DNA of 64,000 nucleotides from Trichodelitschia bisporula (Eukaryota): NCBI GenBank assembly GCA_010356995.1, contig ML996695.1, positions 319,061 to 383,060 of the forward strand, read 5' to 3'. Shown piece by piece: positions 1 to 12,168 of this stretch (position 1 is its first letter; each line of letters starts with the position of its first letter). The notes under the pieces were generated by a model. It saw only the letters and a program-made list of their open reading frames with translations, ran no database searches and was not told where the DNA came from. The position numbers and the translations under genes were made by a program.

Positions 1-3000
1 GCCTCCGCACCTTACCATAACTCCGCCATTCCGGCGCCGCTACTGCCTCCTCCTACAGTCCACCATGCAGCAGTCGGCGCTCAAGCAGCGCCGCCTGGAA
101 CGTTTGCGCCGGGAACCAAGGTGCAAGTCGGCCAGCACCGGGTTATCATCGAGAGATACCTGTCGGAGGGCGGGTTCGCCCACGTCTACCTCGTACGGAT
201 TCCTCGAGCGGACAGCAAGCAAGATGTGGCGGTTCTCAAAAGAGTCGCAGTTCCGGACAAGGAATCGCTGGCGAACATGAGAACAGAAGTTGAGACTATG
301 AAGAAGCTCAAGGGTCACCGACGTATTGTCACCTACATCGATTCACATGCGTCGCAGCTGAAGGGAGGAGGCTACGAAGTCTTCCTCCTCATGGAATACT
401 GTTCTGGGGGCGGCTTGATTGACTACATGAACACTCGGCTCCAACATCGACTGACGGAACCCGAGATTCTCCATATCTTTGCCGACGTTGCCGAGGGTGT
501 TGCCTGCATGCACTACCTGAAGCCTCCGCTTCTCCACCGCGATCTCAAGGTCGAAAACGTCCTCATCACCTCCGCTGGAAGCGCGAGAATATACAAGCTG
601 TGCGATTTTGGCTCGGCCGCGCCGCCCAGACCGGCTGCGACATCCGTCGCCGAGGGAAGACTCATTGAGGACGATGTGCAACGGCACACTACGTTGCAGT
701 ACCGGAGCCCGGAAATGATTGACGTGTACCGGAAGCAGCCTATCAATGAGAAGAGCGACATATGGGCGCTTGGTGTTCTCTTGTACAAGCTGTGCTACTA
801 CACCACGCCCTTCGAGGACCAGGGCCAGATGGCGATCCTCAATGCAACGTTCAAGTTCCCTTCGTACCCGTCGTTCAGCGACCGGATTAAGAAGTTCATA
901 AGTGAGTCGTCATTGTTTCCTCCTGACCGGGGCTAACGTATCCAGCCTCAATGCTCAGAGAACAGCCTCAGTTGCGACCCAATATCTACCAGGTCGTGCG
1001 CGAGGTGTGTTCAATGAGGGGCACAGAGGTACCAATCAAAGACGTAAGTAGCTTTGCGCTGCATATGGCTCACTGCAAGACACTAAATCCCGACGTAGAT
1101 ATATGCCAACCGCACAGAGTCAGAAAGTCACCAATATGAAAAGCTCCCATCACCGGATCCTTCATTGCCCGTACCTGGCGTTGTCGGCATACAGAAGGTT
1201 ACTTCTGTTCACGCACCGCAGCCTTTTATTCCAGAGATAACCCCAATGCGTCGAGGGAGGCCTACTGCTCAAACTCTTGCGCAACCGAGCGCCGCGAAAC
1301 GAACACCCGCCGGTTCAAGAGGCACGAGTAGTGACCCCTTTGCTGCTCTGGATTCCACCAACCCTTCAACCCGAGCAGTGGCTGTAGACGAGCTCTCGGC
1401 GAGGTTCCCGTCGCTTGACGAATTCACCTTGCTGCATGATAAGGGTGCCAAATTCGAGTTTGACTCGGCTCCCGCTGCAGACCCCAAACAGGAACAACTC
1501 AATAAGCGGGTGGCGGAAGTTTTAGCAGACCAGGCCTTTGCACAGGCGCGTTTGAAAAGTGACGACGCCGTTTCGGTTGCGAGGACCGAGCCAGCAACTG
1601 TACACACTCCTGCGCTTGGAAAACCGGCGGCCACTGATCTACACTTGCTCCAAGGAAGCCGCTCACAGCCATCACTACTATACGAGCCTACTCCACAACG
1701 ACCGGTGATGGTATCGACTGGCATTCAGACATCCCCGCCACCATCCCCTCCAGCGACATCTGTTCCTGAGAAGAGTCGCCCGGTATGGCGCGTTCCGAGC
1801 TCTAAAACGGCAAACAGCACTGTCATCGAGGTGCCTCCGGTTCCTGCACGAGAGCTAGAGCTACCACCACGACCGGAGGCGACGAGTTCACGGCCAAAGA
1901 TACTTGACCGCCACAGAACCAAATCCCAAACAATGACGCTGAGTCTTCCCAAGTCTCCCTCCTCGTCTCGCCCGTCACTTGAAGGCCGGCGTCCTTCGGC
2001 TTTGGACCTCAGCGACCCCATAGGAAGGTCCAAGTCAGCCAATGCTCGGCCACGCCCATCCAGCGTCTATGTGGAGTCGAATCTTGACTACCTTCGTGAT
2101 CGCGAAACCACCAAAGGTCGGAACTCAAGCGGATTGGGAATCAAAGCAGAGCCCCTGAGATCCAAAACGGAGGCCCCGTATGAGTCATCCGACGAGGGAG
2201 GACCTGAAGAGCCCGTTATTTCCACTGCCGAGTACCGATCGCCCGAGCTGCCGGAGGATGTGGGTAAGCGGAAGTCGCGTCGTAGCGGCAGCGGCAGCAA
2301 GTCGAAACGGACAAGCCTCCCAGCGATGTCTCTTTCAAATACGAAGAATATCCTTGCTGGCAAGTTTGGCGAGGCCTTCCGCCGATTCGAAACCAATACT
2401 GGAGGTGGTCAGGAGCCCGACACATACTCCGAAGAGCCATTACACTCTGGGCCAGCACTGACCCCAATTGCGGGCTCAGAGGCTACCGGTACAAGTAGTC
2501 GCAGCGATGATGAGCACGCCGAGACTGAAGATCTTCCACCTGAGATGCGCCGTGAGCTTGAGCGTCGTCGGCTCATCCAGGAGGAGAAGAGAGTCGCAGC
2601 TGCGGCCGCTGACTACAAGAAACGGCTTGAGCAAGGAGATCGGCCTGGAACTGCTTCTAGCAAAGCCTCCACCATACAAAATCGGGTCAAGACGCTACTC
2701 GACAATAAGAACGAAGCGCCTGTTGTCAAAACTGCAGAGGGCTATGGGCGATTCACGGATGCAACGAAGATAGGAGATCGGCCTGCTGTTGCTAGGAAGC
2801 CCGTTGCTATATCGGCTGCTGCTTGTGGAATCGACCGAACCCGGCAGAGTGCATCTACGCCGTTGCCTCAGGTTCAGCCTCCTGTATCAAATCTCGCTGC
2901 AGCGGGCCCTTCCATCAACCGGACTGGCAACAGGCCGAATGTTGCTCCAAAACCCCGTGCCCTCAGAACCGGGAACGGGCCATTGGAAGGGATGCCCGGT

Positions 3001-3141
3001 CGGCAACAAGAGGATGAGGACTGGGAGGCTACGTTCTCTAAGAAGTACCCGAGCTTATCAGGGTTGGAACTGGTCGAAGCGGATATTCCGCCTGCTGCGA
3101 AGCAGTCGACGGGCATGGGCATGCGGATTCGGGATGTATAA
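1..3141 (+). CDS. Ark1/Prk1 (NAK) family Ser/Thr kinase with long Pro/Ser-rich tail; start codon just outside the window
   Basis: Kinase motifs LSEGGFAHVY, HRDLKVEN, DFG and HTTLQYRSPE are typical of the NAK family. Frame 1 is open from base 1. Introns 902-945 and 1044-1098 join the ORFs at 121, 951 and 1165. Confidence 0.92.
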
Positions 3142-3496
3142 TGTGGAGCGAGCTTGCATGAGTGCATGAGTGCATGGAGTCATGATAATGATGAATGTTG
3201 GATTCACACATTAGAGAAGCGACGATTTCTTCCCTGCACATCTGTAGATGGAATAAAACATAAGACAGAAGACAACTCCTCCGTATTCATGGTGTCCGTG
3301 TTTGGGTGTTGATCATTAGGACTGGCCTGGCGTGATGGCTAACAACTGGGGCACTTGGGGATGCAAGTGTAAATTCTTGGCATTATGCCCCCCCCCGGTC
3401 CTGGCCCGTGCACTTCGCTTAGCGAGGGCACTCAAGGGTTCCCACAAGTAAATCTTTCCACGGTCGCGAAACATCCTCTCGACAACCACAACCATC

Positions 3497-4306
3497 ATGT
3501 CGTCGGCGGCCCTCAACAAGATCGCGGCTAACAGCCCCTCGCGCCAGTCTCCTTCGGAGATCGAGGTCAGCATCGCCAATGCCCTCTACGATCTTGAGAG
3601 CAACATTGCGGACATGCGGCCTGCTCTGCGTCCTCTGCAGTTCGTCTCCGCTCGCGAGGTAAGATAACAAACACACCAGTACCTCACATATCACGCCGGA
3701 ATGCGCTTTGCGCAGCTCCTTTATTCGCGCCGTCCAGGACGGGCGACCGACGAGATCTGAAGAGGCGGTGGGCACTGGGCAGCATAGCTGACACCAGGAC
3801 TCTTAGATCGAGGTTGGTCACGGCCGGAAAGCCATTGTGATCTTCGTCCCTGTCCCTCTGCTGTCGGGCTGGCACAAGTCGCAGCAGCGGTAAGTCGAAC
3901 TCCCTGCCTTGGACCTCGACAAGAACTAACGAAGCGTAGCCTCACCCGTGAGCTCGAGAAGAAGTTCTCGGACCGCCACGTCCTGATCATCGCTTCGCGC
4001 CGCATCCTCCCGCGCCCGAAGCGCTCCAACCGCAGCCGCACTTCACAGAAGCAGAAGCGCCCTCGCTCGCGCACCCTCACCGCCGTGCACGACGCCATCC
4101 TGCACGACCTCGTGTACCCTGTCGAGATCGTCGGCAAGCGTGTTCGCACCAAGGAGGACGGCAGCAAGATCCTGAAGATCGTGCTGGACGAGAAGGAGCG
4201 TGGCGGCGTCGACTACCGCCTTGACACCTACTCTGAGGTCTACAAGCGGTTGACGGGCAAGGGTGTCAACTTCGAGTTCCCCCAGAGCGGTGCTACGGAG
4301 TACTAG
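3497..4306 (+). CDS. RPS7: 40S ribosomal protein S7 (eS7)
   Basis: The spliced product reads [23 protein letters not shown]...[17 protein letters not shown]...[12 protein letters not shown]...[16 protein letters not shown]. Introns are 3659-3806 and 3890-3939. Confidence 0.97.
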
Positions 4307-4586
4307 GCTTGTGGTTCAGGCGCAGGATCTGGTGTCTTTGGGTTTAGAATGAGGTACTAGGAAGGCATTGATGGCTCTGTAAATCTCGAGTTGTCGGTGA
4401 ATGCTGTCTGATATCCCAGTTCATGACCCATACCTTACACTTCTATGCTGCGAATCGTGATGAATTGTCTTTCATGAACTAAAATCTATGGCAGCCTTCC
4501 ATGGCTTTTCTCCAAACGCCTGGGTATCAGATGCATTGAACATGACTACGCAGAAGGGCCATCCTGCCGGTTTGCTGCTATGCGCC

Positions 4587-5402
4587 TCATTCGAAGAAAC
4601 CATCTTCCGAGCCACTCTCCGAGTCTACATCCTGTTGTGCTTTTTGCGACGCCCTGCCTGCGACGGGCTTGGTTGCCTTGGCCGCGGTCTGGTCCGCGGA
4701 GACCTTCTCGTCTTTCTTTTTGCTCAGCTTTTGATCCTTCCTCAGCTTCTTCTTGTTGCCCATGGCCTTCTTGGCGGCAGCTTCGAAATCGAGTCCGTTT
4801 CGCATTTCTTCCAGCCTGCCCTCTTCCGTCGCCCTCTTCACTTGTTCCCACACATCCGGATCGCCCTTAGCCTTCTGAGCAGGGTCTTCGTCGTCGTCCC
4901 TCGATCCTTTCGGGTACAGCGAGCAGTACTTTTTGGTGAGGGGATAATAGATCGTGTAGTTGAGGTCGATCCGCGCCCTGTCGACCTGTTCTTCCAACTG
5001 CAGTCTCTGTTTCTTGTCGCTCGCTTCATCATTCCGGCAAGCCTCTAGCTCTTTTGTCAAGCGTTTCAGTATCCGGGTGGCACGTTGGCGATCGAAGAAC
5101 CGCACCATGCGATATTTGGCAACCATGTCCAGCTTGTGCTTCTCCGCCATGACGATTTCGAGGTCGTGCTTGTAGGCCGCCAGCTCTCGTTCCCGAGAGA
5201 GGCGAACATCGGCAGGTAGGTTATCAGCGCCTCGCGAAAGTAACCGTTCGAGGTCACGGATTTTGGTCTTCAGAGGCGCGACGGAGTGCTTCTTGGGACG
5301 AGAGGGCCCGTGGGACTGTTGAAAGTCGCGTTCGCGCTTGCGTTTGCGGAAAGGCGCGGCATCAGGATTGGGTTGAGAGCGAGATCCTCTCGAGGTCGGC
5401 AT
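4587..5402 (-). CDS. EFG1: rRNA-processing protein Efg1
   Basis: Motifs LKTKIRDLERLL, KYRMVRFFDRQRATR and DLNYTIYYPLTKKYCSLYP, plus the C-terminus SEDGFFE. First ATG is at 5402. Confidence 0.88.
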   Translation of the reverse strand: MPTSRGSRSQPNPDAAPFRKRKRERDFQQSHGPSRPKKHSVAPLKTKIRDLERLLSRGADNLPADVRLSRERELAAYKHDLEIVMAEKHKLDMVAKYRMVRFFDRQRATRILKRLTKELEACRNDEASDKKQRLQLEEQVDRARIDLNYTIYYPLTKKYCSLYPKGSRDDDEDPAQKAKGDPDVWEQVKRATEEGRLEEMRNGLDFEAAAKKAMGNKKKLRKDQKLSKKKDEKVSADQTAAKATKPVAGRASQKAQQDVDSESGSEDGFFE

Positions 5403-5986
5403 GTTTGACTGTGAAGGCGAGTAACAATCGGAGAGCGTAAAAATGCGGTGCTTTCCGCTGAAAATGTTGCCCGGCTGAGGTTGATGCGCGAAAAGTTGCG
5501 GTTCGGCGCCGGAAAAACCTCGCATTGGACACCTTCAGGCTTCAAGCTCAACCTACCACCACGACCACCTGGGCTGGACTGCGACTTTACGAGACGGCAG
5601 CCTTCTCATGATCCTAACGTCAAGTTCAGACTTACACTACGGAGTAATCGCCCATCTAATCTGGCTAATGGAACCACGTTCTTTCAGCCCCCCCTCGCTT
5701 GCTTGAATATTTCCGTGGAATGGTCTATAGGCATCAACTCGACTGAACCTGACCACAACGATGCATGTCGCTCCCAGGGCTGGCTTGTCTTGACCAACTA
5801 CATTCCCGTCCTTTCGCCTCATCTGTTCATGACGCCTTGTCGTGAAGTAAAGCACCGGCCGTTTGCACGCGTTCAATGTAAATCAAAATGGCCTGTCTTC
5901 AGAGCCCGCGAATAGCTGACCAATGTAGTGGCCTATCGCCAGAACCTGTATTCTCCGCCATATAATTGAAGACTACTGAAACCACC

Positions 5987-8961
5987 ATGGAGGCCGCCTT
6001 AAGATGGTCTCCGCATTCCACGCCGCAATCACCTCTCTTCCTTCTGGTCGATGTGGGTGATGCTCGACTCCGATTGTGTGAACTCGAGTCTCTCAAAGGC
6101 AATGAACCGGTTTACAAACAGCTATGCCATCGAAGTGGCCTACCAGGATACACAGCATTTGACTGGTCAAAGACCGAACCCTACCTCGTAGCTGTGGGTG
6201 GGCAATCTGGCGATGCCCATTTGATCAATATCGACCCTGAGAAGCCCCCTCAAGAAGAGTTCATGTCGTCCTTCAGTATCAGACATCAACGTAAATGCAA
6301 CTCAATTGCCTTCAGCTTCAAAAATTACCTGGCGACGGGTCTGGACCGGGTCCGCAATGATTGGTGCATGAACATATACGACTTGAATGTGCTGTCCTCT
6401 TCCGGTGTTCGCCAACAAGAGCCATACCGGAAGTTTGCTACATCTGATCCCATATCCAGCATCAAGTTCTTTTCCAGCCAACCTGAGGTTCTCGTTGCTG
6501 GCGCTTCGAGACAATTCCTGCGCATATATGACCTTCGGGGTATGCTCTGGCACTTATGCATGGTTTCGGTGTACTAACCGCTTCCGCAGATTCCGGAGCC
6601 ACTGGATCGTCACAATTCCATACGCGGCAAGTCAATAATCTTGCCATTGATCCGATGGATGAAAACTACTTCATATCAGCCGGGGCCTCAAACGAGCCTG
6701 TTGTGAGTGTATGGGATCGCCGCTTTGCCTCAAAATCAAACCCGTCCGCCCCATCGACCGATCCGGCTCCGACTCCTGTCCTTGAACTACGTCCGGCCGT
6801 GGACAGTAGCCATTCCACGGCAATATGGAGTCTCCGATTCTCCGGAGTGAAAAGAGGCTGCTTTGGCATTCTTTCAAACACGGGGGAGGTCAAAATTGTC
6901 GAGCTGGCGCAGCACACCCAAAGTGAAGGTCCAACCCCAAGGAACAGTCAGGGTGGTTTGCCCTGGGATTCTCGCCACTATACCAAGGCTACGCACAACC
7001 TCAAATATCCTTGGTATGACCGTCACCACGGGCAGGACGAGGATACTAGAGTGATTGCATACGATTTCATATCTGCTGGCAGTCCAGTCAAAGGTCAATC
7101 CGCCCTTGCTCTTCATATGAATCGCTCCAACCCAAGCAACCGTCGGATCGAATTTTTGAAGATACCGGATATACCACATAATGTAAAAGTGACGGCGCGT
7201 AATGAGCTCTGGTTGTTCAAGGGTCGTGGTAAAGTGATCCAGCCGCGAGCCGAGCACGGCACTGTGGCGGATGAGCTTCTGGCAATCCAAGCGAAAGCTG
7301 AAGCTGTTGGAAGGAGGCGATCTTCGGAGCAGAGTCTCAATCAAACGGCCGATCGACTGAACAAGCTTAGTCTAGAGAACTTTCAGCACAACGCTCCGCC
7401 AAGCTACGAGACTCCCCTGTACCCTTCAAGTGGAGACGAGCACAAGGACCTGCTGAGTTTGCGATTTCCAGACTTCGTACCGAGTCTTGGTGACGCTTTG
7501 AAAGTACTCGGGGTTCAACGTCGCCGTTGCGCCGAGGGCTATCTTCTCGATCCTCAACGCAACAAGGAGGTTGTCGCCAATGACCGTTGGCTTGTTGATA
7601 TGTGGGATACAATCAAACGATTTGAGGAAATGGCAAAGGATGGCGGCATGGCATCTGACGAGCTTGATCTGAGTTACCTTGGGGTGTACGCCGTATGGAA
7701 CAGCACCCTGGGGTTACATCGAAACCGCGTGCTAAAGACCAGCGGATCCTACAGCAAGACAGATTTCGCTGACGCCCTTCAGTCCATCGCCACCATGAAA
7801 GGATTCCCAGACTTTGAGGGCTACCGGACCAAGTTCCCTGCACATAGACAGTTGTGTCTTGCCATATGCGGCTGGACTTTCTCTAAAGAAAGGGTTCGCA
7901 CCAAATGCCGAGATCTGATGGAGCGCGGCGAGATATACAAAGCGATTGTAATCTCCGTCATGAGAGGCTTCAAAGACCTGGCACAAGAACTACTCAAATC
8001 CGCAATACAGCAGAAAGTTTTGCAAAACATCGGACTCGGCGCTGTCATCGCTTGCGAGACGGTCGGGGAAGGGCAGCGCGAGTTGTGCGAGTGGATGGCC
8101 GAAGAGACAAGTGATCCGTACCTCAAGGCCCTCCTAAACTACTTCATCAAGGGCGATTGGAAAATAGTTGCGGACATGCCCCAACTGGCCTTGTCAGACC
8201 GTGTTGGCGTCGCCCTTAAGTATCTGGATGATAAGCGCCTCAGCGACTTCCTGAAAGTGCATGAGCACAACGCGATTCTGCTCGGCGACATTGAGGGCCT
8301 GGTCTTGACTGGTCTGACCGACCGGGCAATGGATCTCTTCTCCAACTACACCAAGAAGTCCAACGACCTTCAGACTGCGGTTCTAGCCATGTGCTTCACT
8401 AACCCCCTGTACCTCGACGATCCGCGCTTCGATATGTGGAAGACCACATACTGTATGCAGATGCAGGCATGGCGTGCGTTCCCGGAACGCACCAAGTTCC
8501 TCAACGCCCACGCGCGCAAATCCGTTGCTCGGGACGGCCGTCGTTTTGGTCACACGGCGACACATCCAGCAGCACTCCGCTGTGCGCACTGCCTGTCTAT
8601 TCTCGCACGACATCCGATAAAGGAAGCGTCCGACGGCTCAGGGGCAATTGCGACCACTTCGGCTCCGAAGCCGCCGCATCGACTCGCCGCAGCTTCCCAT
8701 ACAGGACTGCTGTGTCCAACTTGTGGAAGGGGTATGCCGAGATGTGGCATATGTGGCTTGTTGCTAGGAGCCCCGGACCCGAAGATTATGGGACTTGCTG
8801 CAGCAGAGAAGTTGGCGGAGGAAGATGGTGTTGCGCGACAGGTGGTCTACTGTATGACTTGTGGCCACGGATGTCACGGCCACCATGCGAGGGACTGGTT
8901 TGCGAGGCACAAGGTGTGCCCGGTGCCTGACTGCCAGTGTATGTGCGGTCTGCTACACTGA
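5987..8961 (+). CDS. SEA4: SEACAT/GATOR2 WD-repeat subunit Sea4/Mio
   Basis: N-terminal WD40 region (RKCNSIAF...LATGLDRVRND), central RQLCLAICGW, DPYLKALL and LSDRVGVAL, and a C-terminal Cys/His zinc domain (CMTCGHGCHGHHARDWF...CPVPDCQCMC). Intron is 6540-6589. Confidence 0.9.
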
Positions 8962-9451
8962 AGAGGTCATGTCGGAACCGTCGATTGAATCGAGCAAGCC
9001 GGTATGTGCTTCTACTTTGTTACATCATGAGCAATTCAGCGGAAATTTCCAGTGGTGCCTATCCACACTACATGTGGCCGCGCTGACGCACAATGGACAT
9101 CATGCTAGGTATTCCGCCGGCATGTGCAGTGAAGTCCAATAATCAGCCTCCACGAGCGATGGGTCGACGCAGTCGACTTCTAGTAGTTACCAGTGCAATT
9201 GCTAGAATCCGAGAGTTGAATACTATGGAATGGCAGCATCCGCCTGAGACCCCTATTGGGTCATGTCAAGGTCCAACGTCATGGTGGAATGATACAGCTC
9301 CTTTGCCGCGGATTGTGTCGATACGCCTAGCCCCGGAAACACAGGTATATATATGGCGTTTCGACACTGGGAATATGGACATTCATTCTACTACATCCTC
9401 GACTTTTATATCCTTTGATATCCTTTGAAAATCACAAAGCATCAATCCAAT

Positions 9452-10115
9452 ATGCCTCCTAGCAAAGAAGACCTCATGACGAAGCTGGACGAGTCCTGGG
9501 AGGAGTGGGGGAAGGAAGGCATCAGCAGCACCTATGATAAATGGGTGCCTTGGGCGGAAGACCAGATCCTGGCGCTGTGGAGCGGCGACAACAAGGCCTC
9601 ATATGCCGCCAGGCGTAAGTCACCGCCGGCACTTCCGCGGTCACTATTAACACGATGCATCAGAAATTGCCAACTCCATGCCAAAAACCGGGAACAAAGA
9701 CCTCGACAAGCTACAAAGCGACGTACAGAACCTCATCCCAGGCTTGATGGGCAAGGGCGGCCCCGCGCAGCCCGTCGGCGACCTGGTCAGCAAAGAGGTC
9801 ATCAACCGAGCTGAGCGGGGCGGCAAGGACGAGTCGGGCAAGTATGCTCCTGGCCCGGCGGGCGATGTTGTTGGAGGAGTTGCTGGGGCTGCGAGCGATG
9901 CTGCAAACGAGGCTGCCAATGAGGCTGCCAAGGTTGAACATAGCGAGAATGTGGCACATGAAGCCGAGAATGTTGCGCACGAAGCTGAGAATGTTGCGCA
10001 CGCTGCTCAGAATACTGCGCATGAAGCCGAGGGCGAAGCATCGAATGTGGCTGGCCAGATGAGTGGCGCGATGAATTATTTGGGCAGTTACGTCTGGGGT
10101 GGTGAGAACAAGTGA
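9452..10115 (+). CDS. Small fungal hypothetical protein with ENVAHEA repeats
   Basis: Intron 9615-9663 (GTAAGT...CAG) joins ORF 9425 to ORF 9678 in frame. The segment WVPW...DNKASY...KEVINRAERGGKD resembles a conserved fungal hypothetical family (recalled, not searched). Confidence 0.7.
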
Positions 10116-10435
10116 AGAGGGTTGGTTCTGTTGATAGCAGTGCGCTTCTAAGAAATTGATCACCAACGAAATGTCATTGATCTTGCCAATATCTCATTTG
10201 ATTCAGCACCTCTTCGCGTAACTTTTGGTGGAAGGATCGCGGGGAACTGACGATAACGGAGAACGGTCCCTTTTTCCACCATCTGTAGTGACGTCACACT
10301 TAAATCATATCATCAGCCTAGCTCATACTGCTATCCGCAAGCCGCCGGCTCACCAACACCACACGCACTGTCACTCAGTGTCCCTGGCCTCTATCCTCAT
10401 CTCCTGCCTCACCGTTCCCATCACTCACTGCCACC

Positions 10436-11479
10436 ATGTCCCACCTCACAACTCCCCGCCCCAACACAGGGCACTTCAGTACCCTCGAAGTACGCCCCTC
10501 AGGCCCTTCGTGCGGCCAGACCTCACGAAACATTGCCTTCGCAGCACACCACTACACCGACCCACCGAACCTAGCCGGCGGCTTCCAGATGCTGGATCTA
10601 CAAGCACAGATGAGAAAAGGAGGGACGGGCGCCGTACGAGCAAACATTATCGGGTCCGAAATTTCGGCTTCCGGCTTCCGCGTGGGTGTCGAGGCGTGGG
10701 GTGGTGCGATGATGAGGGCGGCCGAGGTGGCGTGGGTGGAGTGTAAGAGGGGGGCGAGAGGGTGTCTGTTTGGGCAGTTTGATACACTGAGTTTAAGAGA
10801 GGATAGGGGAGGACAGGCGAGTGCAGAAAGGCTGAAGAAGCCTGAGGATGGGGGTGAGGTGAAGCCGGTGGAGGCACCGCCGCCGCCGAAGCAGTCTTAT
10901 TCCAAAAGGTTCATGTTTCCTGGGTACTTTACTGGCAAGGGGCCGCTGGTGGTGATTTGCTGGCTCAATCGATTGGATCTGGCGAATACGGGAGCAGGGG
11001 AGGGAACAAGGCACTTCCGACTCAGGGCTGAGGCTTTGGACGTTACGCGGACGGGACTGACGGCGCGGATTGAAACTTGGGGTGACGGAGTGCTGGCTGG
11101 GGCTGCGATGTGTTGGATTGCGCTTCCACAGTCGAAGAGACATGTCACTTGTGGGGTCTTCCGTGCCGAAGATCCTGAAGGCGAGGAGAGTGGGTTCACT
11201 GGGAAAGTCAAGTTCCGGAAGGGGATGTTTGAGCGTCCGCCTAAGGTGGTTGCCGCCCTGAATATGTTCGACGTGAAGGCGGGAGGAAGACAGAACGCAC
11301 TGAGAGTAAAAGTCGTAATGGAAGACTTGGATGTGAAGGGGTTCCGATGGCGTCTGGAAACCTGGGTAGGTCCTGTCCTCCCCTTGGCCTCTGTTGGTCA
11401 TATTCGTGGCTCATAGCTTATACAGGACGGTTGTAAACTGTATGCTGCCGAGGCAAGCTGGATTGCATTGGCATTGTGA
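10436..11479 (+). CDS. H-type lectin domain repeat protein (probably three domains)
   Basis: Three similar units of the form P-x-[V/L]...L..[L/F]D...R..[A/V]......GF/L.....TWG....A...W. Intron 11366-11425 gives the final exon DGCKLYAAEASWIALAL*. Confidence 0.7.
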
Positions 11480-11568
11480 AATTCCAGATGGGTATATTAG
11501 TCGAAGACTGGAGTTGACATGATGCACCTTGCTAGTGACATCTTGACGGTTCTTTCGGAGGTGCTGCC

Positions 11569-11934
11569 TTACGCTCCAACATTCAAGTCCATCTCTCGCT
11601 CTCCTTCGTAGCCTTGCTCTACCCTTGCCTTGCGAGTGTTGGCGTCGAGGTCTCCGGAGCTATAGGCGGGCTTTGAATCTGGGGTCTTCTGTTCGATGCC
11701 TTCGTCCATGTTGGTGTCAGACCGGGTCAACTCATCATGGGAGCGCTTTGATCCGGGAGCAGGATTGGCGTGGCCGAGCTGACCGGCGAGCTTCTCGGGC
11801 GGATTGGTGACCGTCTTGATGGACTCGTACCTGCATGAACTCTGGTTAGCCTGTGCCCTTGGCAGCAACAGCGATATTGGGACTCACTGGCCAGACCGAC
11901 CACCGGGAGATGTTGAGATGAGGTTTTCGGACAT
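11569..11934 (-). CDS. Small hydrophilic hypothetical protein (~102 aa)
   Basis: ATG at 11934 (MSENLISTSPGGRSGQ). Intron 11887-11831 (GTGAGT...GCTAAC...CAG) joins in frame to ORF 11569. Confidence 0.6.
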
Positions 11935-12168
11935 GATTAATGCAGCTGAGGCTTTAACGTTTGTTACAGCAAGAAGTTAAGGTGTTGTGGAGGACAATTG
12001 AGGTTGCAGAGGTCTGGGGTCTTTTGTGGAAAGTGAAGGTACTCGTAGTGTCTCGGCCCTATGACGTAATGGAGGTAGTGACTTGATTTCATCGCAATTT
12101 ACATGTACATCGCCTTGCTATATCCGTCCTCTTTTTAACTCCTCCATAATCCATACATCACTGCTCGA

